Source: Candidatus Omnitrophota bacterium
Lineage (GTDB): Bacteria; Omnitrophota; Gorgyraeia; Duberdicusellales; 4484-171
Length of the DNA: 64,000 bases
Direction of reading: 5' to 3'
Assembly: GCA_016935525.1 (NCBI GenBank)
Contig: JAFGQU010000017.1
Location: forward strand, 73,559 to 137,558
The translations under genes and the position numbers were made by a program. The notes under the pieces were generated by a model. It was not told the origin of the DNA. It did no database searches and saw nothing but the letters and a program-made list of their open reading frames with translations. Within the stretch, counting starts at the first letter, position 1. Each line of letters begins with the position of its first letter. Shown one piece after another: positions 44,867 through 55,115 of the stretch.

Positions 44867-46405
44867 TTATTCCCATTCAATCGTTGCCGGAGGTTTTGAA
44901 CTGATATCGAGCACTACCCGGTTTACTCCGCGGACACGATTGATGATCGTGTTAGAGATTTCCCCTAATACTTCGTAAGGGATCTTGCCCCAATCGGCAG
45001 TCATCCCGTCCATGCTGGTTACCGCTCTTATCGCGATCACAAATTCATAGGTCCGTTTATCGCCCATCACGCCCACGCTTTTGAGCGGCAACAATACACA
45101 AAACGACTGCCATAATTCACGATACAGCTTTCTATTTCTGATTATATTTTCCAGAAGGATATCGCTCGCCTGTAAAATACGTAACCGTTCTTTAGTAACC
45201 TCCCCCACGATACGTACCGCAAGCCCCGGACCGGGGAAAGGATGACGATGAATGATCTCCTCGGGCAACCCCAACAATTTTGCGATTTCCCGCACTTCAT
45301 CTTTAAATAACGTACGAAACGGCTCGATCAATTTTAAATGCATCCGCGCCGGCAGCCCCCCGACATTATGATGCGATTTTATTTTGGACGTCGGACCGCC
45401 GAAAAAGGGGATCGATTCGATCACGTCAGGATAGAGCGTGCCCTGCGCCAGATATTCGGCATGTGTTATCTTTTTCGCTTCCTGTTCAAATACTTCGATA
45501 AACGTATGCCCGATGATCCTGCGTTTTTCTTCCGGGTCAATAACTCCTTTAAGTCGTTTTAAGAAAAGTGAAGCGGCATCGACAAAATGGAGGTCCATTT
45601 TAAAGTTTTTCCGAAAGACTTTTATGACGTTTTTTACTTCCCCCCGACGCAATACGCCGTTATCGATAAAAATACATTTCAGGTTCCGGCCGATAGCTTT
45701 ATGGATCAGTACCGACAACGTCGAAGAATCCACGCCCCCGCTTAATCCGCAGATGACTTTTTTCTTTTTCACCTGGGCACGGATCTCACCGATCTGCTGA
45801 GTGATATAATCTTCCAGCTGCCAGTTGGCAAAACATTCACAGATACGAAAAAGAAAATTAGAAATAATCTGCAGGCCGCCCTCGGTATGAACTACTTCAG
45901 GGTGAAACTGGACGCCATAAATTTTTTTCTTCGGTAATCCTACCGCAGCATAGGCAGTATTGACCGTATGAGCCAGGCGTTTAAATCCTTTAGGTAATTC
46001 CAGGACTTTATCGGCATGGGACATCCAGGAAATCATCTTTGCCGGCATAGTAAAGAAAAGGTCGTCATGATTATCGATATACATCGGCGCCCGGCCGTAT
46101 TCCCGGCGGGAAGCTTCCTGGACTCGCCCGCCTGACATCTTCACGATACTCTGCATCCCGTAACAAATGCCTAACACGGGAATACCTAACCGCACTATCT
46201 CTTTAGACAGCTTCGGCGCGCCTTTCTCATAGACACTGTAGGGACCGCCGGAAAGGATGATACCTTTTGGTTTGAGCTGTTTTATCCGGGAAACGCTCAC
46301 CGTACACGGTTCGATAAGCGAAAACACTTTAAGTTCACGTACCCGCCGGGCGATCAGCTGAGTGTATTGGGAACCAAAATCGAGGATGAGAATGGTATCG
46401 GTCAT
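44867..46405 (-). CDS. guaA: GMP synthase (glutamine-hydrolysing)
   Basis: N-terminal class-I glutamine amidotransferase (GICYGMQ), ATP-pyrophosphatase PP-loop SGGVDSS and a C-terminal dimerisation domain. Confidence 0.93.
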   Translation of the reverse strand: MTDTILILDFGSQYTQLIARRVRELKVFSLIEPCTVSVSRIKQLKPKGIILSGGPYSVYEKGAPKLSKEIVRLGIPVLGICYGMQSIVKMSGGRVQEASRREYGRAPMYIDNHDDLFFTMPAKMISWMSHADKVLELPKGFKRLAHTVNTAYAAVGLPKKKIYGVQFHPEVVHTEGGLQIISNFLFRICECFANWQLEDYITQQIGEIRAQVKKKKVICGLSGGVDSSTLSVLIHKAIGRNLKCIFIDNGVLRRGEVKNVIKVFRKNFKMDLHFVDAASLFLKRLKGVIDPEEKRRIIGHTFIEVFEQEAKKITHAEYLAQGTLYPDVIESIPFFGGPTSKIKSHHNVGGLPARMHLKLIEPFRTLFKDEVREIAKLLGLPEEIIHRHPFPGPGLAVRIVGEVTKERLRILQASDILLENIIRNRKLYRELWQSFCVLLPLKSVGVMGDKRTYEFVIAIRAVTSMDGMTADWGKIPYEVLGEISNTIINRVRGVNRVVLDISSKPPATIEWE

Positions 46406-46410
46406 CTTCA

Positions 46411-46438
46411 GTCTCTGGTCTCTGGTCTCTGGTCTCTG
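46411..46438. repeat. Perfect tandem heptamer (TCTCTGG)x4 immediately upstream of the guaA start codon
   Basis: cag-TCTCTGG-TCTCTGG-TCTCTGG-TCTCTGG-tttt. It ends 5 nt from the guaA ATG, which is on the minus strand at 46405. A related tctctggtct word occurs upstream of rnhB at ~51118. Confidence 0.85.
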
Positions 46439-46480
46439 GTTTTACACTAAATACCGAAGACTATCGACTAGTAACGTTCT

Positions 46481-47641
46481 CTATTTGCCCATTCCTACCT
46501 TCTGGACTACCTGAAAAAGTTTTCCTTCAGTCTGGATAGAAGGAGCAATAATGATCTCGGTAAAATGCATTTCTTTGATATTCCGTACTCCCAGGGTACC
46601 CATGCTGGTCGCGAGAGCACCGATAAGGTTCTGAGAACCGTCATCGACTTCCGCCGGACCGAAAAGGATCTGCTCCAATGATCCGGAAATCTTCACATTG
46701 ATCCTTGTCCCCCGCGGCAGGTTGGCATGAGAAGTCGCCATCCCCCAATGATATCCCCGTCCCGGCGCCTCTTTAGCCCGGGCAAACGATGAACCGATCA
46801 TGACCGCATCGGCACCGGAGGCAAAAGCTTTACAGACCTCCCCACCGATCCTCATTCCTCCGTCGGTAATCATCGGTATATATCTTCCGGTTTTCTTGAA
46901 ATAAAAATCCCGCGCCGCGGCCGCATCTATGGTCGCGGTTACCTGGGGAACACCGATTCCTAACACTCCCCGGGTAGTACAGGCCGCACCCGGCCCTACG
47001 CCGATAAGGACAGCCGCACATCCGGTTTCAAGAAGGTCCAGAGTCACCTCATAGGTAACACAATTTCCCAGGATAACCGGGATCTTGCGTTTCTGGCAAA
47101 ATTTCGTTAAATTCAGCGGTTTATATTTAGTCGATATGTGTTCGGAAGTGATCACCGTCGATTGCACGACAAAACAATCCGCCCCGGCGTCTTCGGCAAT
47201 ATCGCCAAACTTTTCGGCGTTTTGCGGGATACAGCTTACCGCGGCATACCCTTTGCCTTTTTTGATTTCTTCAACACGTTTGGCGATCAGCTTTTCTTTG
47301 ATCGGAGTCGTATAGACTTTCTGGATAAGATTGGTCGCCTCCTGTGGCGTCGCCCGGGCGATCTCATCAAGCACTTCATCTGGTTTTTCGTAACGGGTCT
47401 GTATCCCGTCAAGATTTAATACCGCGACTCCGCCTAACCGGGACATCTCTATCGCAAACCGCACGTCGACTACTCCATCCATCGCCGCAGCCAGAATCGG
47501 TACGGTAAATTTTTTACCGGCGAGTTCCCAGGCTATATCAACATCCTCGGGATTAATCGTTATTTTCCCGGGGACTAAGGCAATCTCATCAAAACCAAAA
47601 CAACGGCGCGATCGTCTGTCTTTTCCAATCCACTCTGCCAT
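46481..47641 (-). CDS. IMP dehydrogenase-family protein lacking CBS domains (GuaB-related)
   Basis: IMPDH TIM-barrel homology (catalytic Cys-loop region [49 protein letters not shown]). There is no CBS subdomain. It lies adjacent to guaA. Confidence 0.75.
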   Translation of the reverse strand: MAEWIGKDRRSRRCFGFDEIALVPGKITINPEDVDIAWELAGKKFTVPILAAAMDGVVDVRFAIEMSRLGGVAVLNLDGIQTRYEKPDEVLDEIARATPQEATNLIQKVYTTPIKEKLIAKRVEEIKKGKGYAAVSCIPQNAEKFGDIAEDAGADCFVVQSTVITSEHISTKYKPLNLTKFCQKRKIPVILGNCVTYEVTLDLLETGCAAVLIGVGPGAACTTRGVLGIGVPQVTATIDAAAARDFYFKKTGRYIPMITDGGMRIGGEVCKAFASGADAVMIGSSFARAKEAPGRGYHWGMATSHANLPRGTRINVKISGSLEQILFGPAEVDDGSQNLIGALATSMGTLGVRNIKEMHFTEIIIAPSIQTEGKLFQVVQKVGMGK

Positions 47642-47670
47642 CTCTTACCTCCTTATGCTTTACTCTTTTA

Positions 47671-47819
47671 TTGAAATACGGTGGAAATATGCTCGACTTC
47701 GTTTCGCGAAATATATTGAAATACAATTGTCCTGCCCATACCTTCATCAATATATTTCCATTGTATTTCCAGGAGTTCTTCGTTGTCGCTCTTCTTATTT
47801 CAACTGTATTTCCATATTT
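47671..47819. repeat. GAAATAY / RTATTTC oligonucleotide-repeat cluster
   Basis: Left arm: ttGAAATACggtgGAAATATgc...cGAAATAtattGAAATACaattg. Right arm: atATATTTCcattGTATTTCcagg...TATTTCaactGTATTTCcatatttg. Arm orientations are inverted. Confidence 0.75.
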
Positions 47820-47835
47820 GATTAAAGGGAATAGT

Positions 47836-48816
47836 TTACACTAAAGATGCCCTTCTTTCCACATTAAATTCAGTTTTTAAAAAGTCTTTTATCTGGTCGC
47901 TACCCAGCCCGACATCGGGCCGCTGGGGGGATTCTTCGCTTGAGAACAGCCGCGCACACCGCATGGCTCCAAGCTCGACGTTACGAGCGCGCGTAAAGAA
48001 AAACGATTCGTCCTCAATTGATAGGTCAGCCATATCTCCCAACATATACACATCCGCATAATCGGTCGTAAACCTTTTTTCTTGAGGCACTATATCGGTG
48101 AGTTTATGCCCGCAGATAAAGCCACTATCAATAAACACGGCTTGTGCGGCAAATACTTTAGGTATAGACGTTTTCACCGCTTTCACGCAAGCCTCCCCGA
48201 TAATCTCTTCAATGGCAGTATTTTCATAGATATCGATTCCCCGTTCACGCAACAGATTGAAAATCCTCTCTTTTTCTGACGCAAAAGGCTCTAAAAAACG
48301 TAAAGGCCCGGTGAAGAGTTTGATCTCTTTCTGTAAGAAAGAAAGGGAAAAAGCCAGACGTAACCCCAGCAGGGTATGAGCAAGAATAATGATATCCCGG
48401 CTGACTTTAAGGATATCTTTAATAAAAAACAGGTCCGGTTCATCGAGATAAAATGCGCTGTCACGGGATTCTCCTTTAATCTCAAGCGGCCTCGACCTCA
48501 ATCCACAGGCAAGCGCCAGCGTCTTATATTCCAGAGGCTCTTCGTTTTTACAATACAGCAGTTTTTTATTGGGCTGTACCCGCTCTACGGTACGTACCAG
48601 AAAATCGATATTGTGAGCTTTGGCGAATTCCGTAAGGTAGAGAGGCCGGACGCGGGAAGAAGAGAGTACATGGTCGAAATAATGTTCTTTATCAAACGAA
48701 TATTGTTGCCGGTCAAGCAACCGTATTTTAACTGTGGGATTTTGCGCCCGCAACTCTTTAATCAGCGTTATTGCCGCGGCCCCGCCGCCGACAATGGTCA
48801 ATTCATCTTTGATCAT
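47836..48816 (-). CDS. Putative FAD/NAD(P)-binding oxidoreductase (divergent pyridine-nucleotide-disulfide-oxidoreductase-like)
   Basis: N-terminal dinucleotide-binding motif TIVGGGAAAITLIKEL and a C-terminal GD-type motif (YMLGDMAD). The central region is divergent. Confidence 0.45.
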   Translation of the reverse strand: MIKDELTIVGGGAAAITLIKELRAQNPTVKIRLLDRQQYSFDKEHYFDHVLSSSRVRPLYLTEFAKAHNIDFLVRTVERVQPNKKLLYCKNEEPLEYKTLALACGLRSRPLEIKGESRDSAFYLDEPDLFFIKDILKVSRDIIILAHTLLGLRLAFSLSFLQKEIKLFTGPLRFLEPFASEKERIFNLLRERGIDIYENTAIEEIIGEACVKAVKTSIPKVFAAQAVFIDSGFICGHKLTDIVPQEKRFTTDYADVYMLGDMADLSIEDESFFFTRARNVELGAMRCARLFSSEESPQRPDVGLGSDQIKDFLKTEFNVERRASLV

Positions 48817-49673
48817 AGTCTTTTTTTCTCCTGATGTGCACGCGTAACGCTCTTAAACAGATTCCGATAAAGGAAAAGCGGAGTTAACGCCCCCACTCCT
48901 AACGGTACCGGAGTGACTATTTCCGCCTTGAGCACCGCTTTTTGAGAATCAACATCGCCGCATATTTTGCCGTGAGGCCCCCGGGAGATCCCGACATCGA
49001 TGACGATCGCGTTCTTCTTGATCCAGGCGGTCTTGATGAAATGCGGTTTCCCCACGCAGGATATCAACACGTCGGCATGACGGGTATAAAAGGGCAACTG
49101 TTTTTTTTCATACGTCCCGATATGAGTAATCGTCACCGTAGCGAATTTATCGGCAAGGATAACACTGAGAGGTTTTCCGATATGAGAAGAAAAACCGATC
49201 AACACCACGTTCTTGCCATAAAGATCGACCTTTACATGATCCAGGACCGCCAAGACACTTTCGGCGGTAGGAGGAATAATATAGGGATCTTTTAACAGGA
49301 TACGCCCGACATTCTGAGGATGGACTCCTTCAATATCTTTACCCGGGGCGATCGCAGAAAAAAGTTCTACTTCGTTCAGATGGCCCGGCAAAGGTTTATG
49401 GACCATAATACCGTGGACTCCTCTATCGGCATTTAAAGCTGTAAGAGCATCCAATACTTTCTTTGCGGATACGTTCTTTTTAAACGTATAATGCCTATAT
49501 TCGACTTTCAACTCCTCGGCCATCCGTTTCTGTGAAGCACAATAGATAGCACTCGCGCGGTCCTCACCTATAGTCAAAGCCGCCAATACCACCTGCCGAT
49601 ATCCGGCCCGTGTATGTTCAAGCTGACGTTTCAACCGGATGATAAGCGGATGCGCCTCAAAGATCATCCCCAT
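48813..49673 (-). CDS. folD: Bifunctional methylenetetrahydrofolate dehydrogenase / methenyltetrahydrofolate cyclohydrolase
   Basis: FolD motifs: the conserved YxxxK region (YRHYTFKK), GIMVHKPLP and the NAD(P)-binding GKNVVLIGFSSHIGKPL. Confidence 0.9.
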   Translation of the reverse strand: MGMIFEAHPLIIRLKRQLEHTRAGYRQVVLAALTIGEDRASAIYCASQKRMAEELKVEYRHYTFKKNVSAKKVLDALTALNADRGVHGIMVHKPLPGHLNEVELFSAIAPGKDIEGVHPQNVGRILLKDPYIIPPTAESVLAVLDHVKVDLYGKNVVLIGFSSHIGKPLSVILADKFATVTITHIGTYEKKQLPFYTRHADVLISCVGKPHFIKTAWIKKNAIVIDVGISRGPHGKICGDVDSQKAVLKAEIVTPVPLGVGALTPLFLYRNLFKSVTRAHQEKKRL

Positions 49674-50188
49674 CGTTTAAATACCTCCATGCTTTTTTTA
49701 GTACGCTGGATTTTCCGGGCATTGTCGATTTTAAACATCCTCTGGTTAGCCTGTAAATTCTTGACACAGATATACAATGACACTTCACAAAGTTTGAGGC
49801 CGGCATAAAAATCGCTGATAATCGTCTTTTTTATCGATGGTTCTATAGCGCGGGCATATCCGGCTACTTTTCCGCACCCGTTGGCCAGCCTCATGATCTC
49901 TTCCTGTATCGTGTGAAGAAGTTTTTTCTTTTTTACCGCAACGGTTTCCCGCAGGAGCCGTTCAAACAACTCGCCGTCCCGGTCAATAAGGCCGATTATG
50001 TCTTTCTTTATTTTTTCCAAACGCACCAGATACCCATCACCTCCTGCGCCACTATATCTCAAAGCCATCTGGATCAAAGAAATACCCAGGCACCCGCTGA
50101 GCGCGGCACAACTCCCCCCGGCCGGATGGGCCGAAGATACACTCAAATCATGAATATACTTTTTTAGATCGTTCTTATAAGATCTCAT
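49664..50188 (-). CDS. Cyclodeaminase/cyclohydrolase-family protein (FTCD C-terminal-domain-like; putative methenyl-THF cyclohydrolase)
   Basis: The signature SAHPAGGSCAALSGCLGISL matches the FTCD_C family motif (PAPGGGSxAAL). It is adjacent to folD. Confidence 0.65.
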   Translation of the reverse strand: MRSYKNDLKKYIHDLSVSSAHPAGGSCAALSGCLGISLIQMALRYSGAGGDGYLVRLEKIKKDIIGLIDRDGELFERLLRETVAVKKKKLLHTIQEEIMRLANGCGKVAGYARAIEPSIKKTIISDFYAGLKLCEVSLYICVKNLQANQRMFKIDNARKIQRTKKSMEVFKRWG

Positions 50189-50537
50189 TTAATGTAAAAG
50201 CGTTTTTAAACAGACTATAGGAACGCCACAGCTCACCTTCAATAATCGCGACTACATCGAAACGGTAAGATCTGACCCCATACCGTTGCATATACCCTCG
50301 GGCGGCCCGGACGATCCGTGCCCGTTTATCTTTTGTCACCGCTTCCTGAGGGAGATAACCCGCATGCGCGTTACGCGCTTTTACTTCGACAAAACTGGTA
50401 GTATCCCCGTCCCGGACAATCAGGTCGATTTCGCCTAAACGGGTACGGAAGTTTTTCGCACAACCACGATACCCTTTTAATCTTAAAAATTCTTCCGCTT
50501 TCCTCTCATAATAGGCACCGTCATACTTCATGAGCAC
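50175..50537 (-). CDS. yraN: YraN-family (UPF0102) endonuclease-like protein
   Basis: GEIDLIVRDGDTTSFVEVKAR matches the YraN motif. The rnhB-yraN adjacency is conserved. Confidence 0.85.
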   Translation of the reverse strand: MLMKYDGAYYERKAEEFLRLKGYRGCAKNFRTRLGEIDLIVRDGDTTSFVEVKARNAHAGYLPQEAVTKDKRARIVRAARGYMQRYGVRSYRFDVVAIIEGELWRSYSLFKNAFTLNEIL

Positions 50538-51105
50538 TCATAAAACTTCTGCGATGAAACGGGGTAGGGAGCGCCTTTTGAAGCAATTCCCGATGTTCCT
50601 TAGTGGGATACCCTTTGTGCCCGGAAAAATTCCATTGGGGATAAAGGAAATCAAGCATATGCATAAAATGATCCCGGGTGACTTTGGCGATAATCGAAGC
50701 GCTGGAAACCTCACCCACCGTTACATCGGCTTTTTTCACGCAACGATAATGGATATTCAAATCCGTACGGAAAATCGGTCCGTCAATGATAAATTCCGCA
50801 TCTTTAAGAAAAGGATACGCGCCCATTAACTTTTGAATTGCCCGGTTAAATGCGATCATTGTCGCCTCAAGGATATTATGTTCGTCTATCTCCCCGGCGC
50901 TCGCAAAACTCACCGCATAATTTCCTTTTACACAAAGTATTTCAAAGAGCTTTTCTCTTTGCCCTGCCGAAAGTTTTTTAGAATCTTTTACCCGTGGGAC
51001 GTCCTCTGTATCTTTAAAAAAGAACGCACAGGCGACCACCGGTCCGCATAACGGGCCACGCCCGGCCTCATCTAACCCCACAATGATTCGTCGTTCACTC
51101 CTCAT
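50521..51105 (-). CDS. rnhB: Ribonuclease HII
   Basis: The RNase HII catalytic N-terminus IVGLDEAGRGPLCGPVV is present with full-length homology. Confidence 0.92.
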   Translation of the reverse strand: MRSERRIIVGLDEAGRGPLCGPVVACAFFFKDTEDVPRVKDSKKLSAGQREKLFEILCVKGNYAVSFASAGEIDEHNILEATMIAFNRAIQKLMGAYPFLKDAEFIIDGPIFRTDLNIHYRCVKKADVTVGEVSSASIIAKVTRDHFMHMLDFLYPQWNFSGHKGYPTKEHRELLQKALPTPFHRRSFMSAHEV

Positions 51106-51107
51106 CA

Positions 51108-51226
51108 GTCATTAGTCTCTGGTCTTTAGTATCTAGCTTGAGATATTCCATAATTAAACTTTCTAATATCTCCCATCCCTCTTCTTTTTTCTTTTACTAT
51201 CGACTACAGACTGTCGACTATCGACC
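51108..51226. repeat. TCTCTGGTCT / TCGACTATCGAC oligonucleotide-repeat cluster between rnhB and rplS
   Basis: agtcattagTCTCTGGTCTttagtatctagc ... CTATCGACtacagactgTCGACTATCGACc. Confidence 0.6.
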
Positions 51227-51228
51227 GT

Positions 51229-51573
51229 TTACGTGAGTGACGCTTTCTTCCCTACCCGGCCGCGTATATAATATATTCTTTTACGGCGCGGACGGCGGCG
51301 GCTTTTTTTTACCACCTCGACCGTATCGATTTGCGGAGAATGATAAGGGAAAGTGATCTCATAGGCCTCACCGTAAGCAAGCCGACGAATCGTGAAGGAT
51401 TTGCGATGAAGAGCGCCCTGGGTCTTTATCACAATGCCTTCCAAAGGATAGATCCTTTCTTTATCTTTCTCTTTGATCTTGTAGTGGACGCTGACGATAT
51501 CTCCCACATTAAACTGGTATTCTCTTTTTACCTTCTCTAAAATATCTTTTTCCAGTTTGGCTAAATTCCCCAT
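51229..51573 (-). CDS. rplS: 50S ribosomal protein L19
   Basis: Full L19 homology (FNVGDIVSVHYKIKEKDKERIYPLEGIVIKTQG...). Confidence 0.92.
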   Translation of the reverse strand: MGNLAKLEKDILEKVKREYQFNVGDIVSVHYKIKEKDKERIYPLEGIVIKTQGALHRKSFTIRRLAYGEAYEITFPYHSPQIDTVEVVKKSRRRPRRKRIYYIRGRVGKKASLT

Positions 51574-51616
51574 AATTACCTCCTTTTATAAGCAGACGAT
51601 TTATGGAACGAAGTGC

Positions 51617-51925
51617 TCATACATCGTAGGCGTAAGCCGTCTGCGCATTAAACCCTTGACATTTTTCTTGAGAAAATGAACCTATCATTTTCTCTATAGT
51701 TTTCATTCTTGTCCGGCCATTTTTAAATTGCATCTCTCTTTTAAAAGCGACTGAACGGGAATCACACTTTTCAAAATAGACCAAACGTAGAGGCCGTTTA
51801 TTCTTGGTCGAAGAGACTTGCCCCTTAAAATGGGAAAAGATACGTCTTTTTAGATCGTTTGTGTGACCATAATATTTACTGCCATCGCTGCATTGTAAAA
51901 TATAAAAGTAATACTCCCTATTCAT
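51617..51925 (-). CDS. GIY-YIG nuclease-domain protein (YhbQ/UPF0213-like), inserted between trmD and rplS
   Basis: The GIY-YIG core is YYFYILQCSDGSKYYGHTNDLKRRIFSH. The gene is bracketed by a 15-bp perfect inverted repeat (ACCCTTGACATTTTT at 51648-51662 and AAAAATGTCAAGGGT at 51927-51941). Confidence 0.8.
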   Translation of the reverse strand: MNREYYFYILQCSDGSKYYGHTNDLKRRIFSHFKGQVSSTKNKRPLRLVYFEKCDSRSVAFKREMQFKNGRTRMKTIEKMIGSFSQEKCQGFNAQTAYAYDV

Positions 51926-51984
51926 AAAAAAATGTCAAGGGTCAAATTCCACTACAGATTTTCATTCGCTTATGCTCTAAAAAT

Positions 51985-52728
51985 CTAAGTCTCATTTGAC
52001 TTTTTCCCACTCGCTTTGCGTTTACGCCACAAATCCGGCCTTTTTTCTTGTGTGATCCGTTCGGATTGGGCTTTCCGCCACTGATCGATACGGACATGGT
52101 CTCCGGAAAGAAGCACCTCAGGCACCTTGAGTCCGCGGAAATCTTCCGGACGGGTATAGACCGGATAATCTAACAGGTCGCCTTCAAAACTTTCTTTAAT
52201 AATCGATTCGACATCGGATACCACCCCGGGAATAAGCCGGGCTATACAATCAATAAAGACCATCGCGGGAAGTTCTCCTCCGCTTAACACATAATCGCCC
52301 AGAGATACTTCCTCATCGATAAGATGTTCGCGAATACGTTCATCTACCCCCTCATAACGCGGAGCGATAAGGACGAGCCGTTCGTAATCTAAGAATCTTT
52401 TCAGGGAACCTTGAGTCAACGTTTTCCCTTTAGGGCTCAACAGCACAACGCATTTGGCGGGATCTTTTTCTTTACGAGGATAGACAGTATGACCGAGAAC
52501 ATCTTCTACCGCGCAAAATACCGGTTCGGCTTTGAATACCATTCCCGCGCCTCCGCCGTAGCTGGGAGCATCGACTTTTTTATGCGGGTCGTTACTGTAG
52601 GCCCGCAGATCATGGATGTTAATCTTCAACAAGCCTTTTTCCTGGGCCCGTTTAATCATCGTTTCCTGAATAACGGATGCGAACATGTCCGGAAATATGG
52701 TGAGTACATCAATAATCACGGTTGACAC
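51985..52728 (-). CDS. trmD: tRNA (guanine37-N1)-methyltransferase
   Basis: SPOUT knot region (GYEGVDERI, LSGGELPAM) with full-length TrmD homology. Confidence 0.92.
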   Translation of the reverse strand: MSTVIIDVLTIFPDMFASVIQETMIKRAQEKGLLKINIHDLRAYSNDPHKKVDAPSYGGGAGMVFKAEPVFCAVEDVLGHTVYPRKEKDPAKCVVLLSPKGKTLTQGSLKRFLDYERLVLIAPRYEGVDERIREHLIDEEVSLGDYVLSGGELPAMVFIDCIARLIPGVVSDVESIIKESFEGDLLDYPVYTRPEDFRGLKVPEVLLSGDHVRIDQWRKAQSERITQEKRPDLWRKRKASGKKSNET

Positions 52729-52731
52729 TTC

Positions 52732-53862
<1,131 letters not shown>

Positions 53863-54090
53863 TTACTTTTTTGTATATAGATAAAAAACGGCACTTAATA
53901 AAATACTGATCAATATCGAAGTAGTGAACGGGAAATAAAACACAAAATCATCTTTCTTGATATGGATGTCTCCGGGCAACCGTCCCAGAAAGGAAAGTTT
54001 ACCGCCGAGATTCAAGGAAAATACTATCCCCGTAAGGATAAAGATTATTCCCAGAATAATAAGCAGTCTTCCTAATTGCGGCATATCCAT
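53863..54090 (-). CDS. Small membrane protein (DUF2905-like)
   Basis: A 75-aa protein with two predicted transmembrane helices and the conserved LPGDIHIKKDDFVFYFPFTTSIL region. Confidence 0.6.
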   Translation of the reverse strand: MDMPQLGRLLIILGIIFILTGIVFSLNLGGKLSFLGRLPGDIHIKKDDFVFYFPFTTSILISILLSAVFYLYTKK

Positions 54091-54092
54091 CT

Positions 54093-55115
54093 TTAGAAAA
54101 AATTTTCTTGTTGGTCTTGCGGTAGCGGAATATTCAGATGAGTGTATGCGTTACGGCTGGCCACTCTTCCCCGCGGGGTACGCCGCAGGAACCCTTTTTT
54201 CATCAGATAGGGTTCGACAACGTCTTCCAGCGTTTCTTTTCCCTCGCCTAATGTCGCGGCAATCGCTTCGACCCCGATCGGACCGCCACGATGGACATTG
54301 ATGATCGTAGCAAGGTACCGGCGATCGAGGTCATCAAGCCCCTGGGTATCTATTTTAATCTTATCGAGAGCGATCTCAGTGATCTGCAACGTGATCTTCC
54401 CTTCTCCTTTTACCTGAGCATAATCCCGGATACGTCTCAATATCCGGTTTGCCAGCCGCGGCGCGCCGCGGGAACAGACTGAAATCAACTCACAACTGGG
54501 CCCATCGATTTCGACACCGAGTAATGCCGCGCTCCGCCGGATCACCCACACCAGTTCTCCGGCCGGATAAAAATCTAAATCGAAAAAGAGCCCGAACCGG
54601 CCCCGCAGGGGTGCGGTCAAAGATCCTTTACGGGTAGTAGCGCCGATTAACGTAAACGGTTTTAAATTGAATTTGATACTTTTGGCATACGGGCCTTTAT
54701 CGACGATAAAATCGATCTGATAATTTTCCATTGCCGGATAAAGGAACTCCTCGATCACTCGAGAAAGACGATGCACTTCATCGATAAACAGGATATCTCC
54801 TTTTTCCAGATTCGTAAGGATCCCGACTAGATCGCCGGCCCGTTCTATAGCCGGACCGCTGGTAGAGGTCAGCGTAGTCCCCATCTCTTTGGCAATACAA
54901 TAGGCTAAAGAAGTCTTGCCTAATCCCGGCGGGCCGCAAAGCAATATGTGTTCCAGGGGTTCACCGCGGCCTTTGGCCGCTTCAATCGCGATCTTTAATG
55001 ATGCGACAATATCTTCCTGACCGATGAATTCAGAAAGGTTCGCGGGCCTCAGCGAAAGATTAATGATCTGTTCTTCTTCGTTTTCTTTAAGATAATCGAC
55101 AAATCGGTCGTTCAT
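54093..55115 (-). CDS. ruvB: Holliday junction branch-migration ATPase RuvB
   Basis: AAA+ Walker A (GPPGLGKTSLA), Walker B (ILFIDEVHRL), sensor regions and a C-terminal winged helix. Confidence 0.93.
   Translation of the reverse strand: MNDRFVDYLKENEEEQIINLSLRPANLSEFIGQEDIVASLKIAIEAAKGRGEPLEHILLCGPPGLGKTSLAYCIAKEMGTTLTSTSGPAIERAGDLVGILTNLEKGDILFIDEVHRLSRVIEEFLYPAMENYQIDFIVDKGPYAKSIKFNLKPFTLIGATTRKGSLTAPLRGRFGLFFDLDFYPAGELVWVIRRSAALLGVEIDGPSCELISVCSRGAPRLANRILRRIRDYAQVKGEGKITLQITEIALDKIKIDTQGLDDLDRRYLATIINVHRGGPIGVEAIAATLGEGKETLEDVVEPYLMKKGFLRRTPRGRVASRNAYTHLNIPLPQDQQENFF

Noticed and set aside
51106-51228. Possible small ORF or sRNA in the rnhB-rplS spacer
   Set aside because: It is composed of short repeat words only, with no ORF longer than 30 aa. 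Treated as part of the repeat family.
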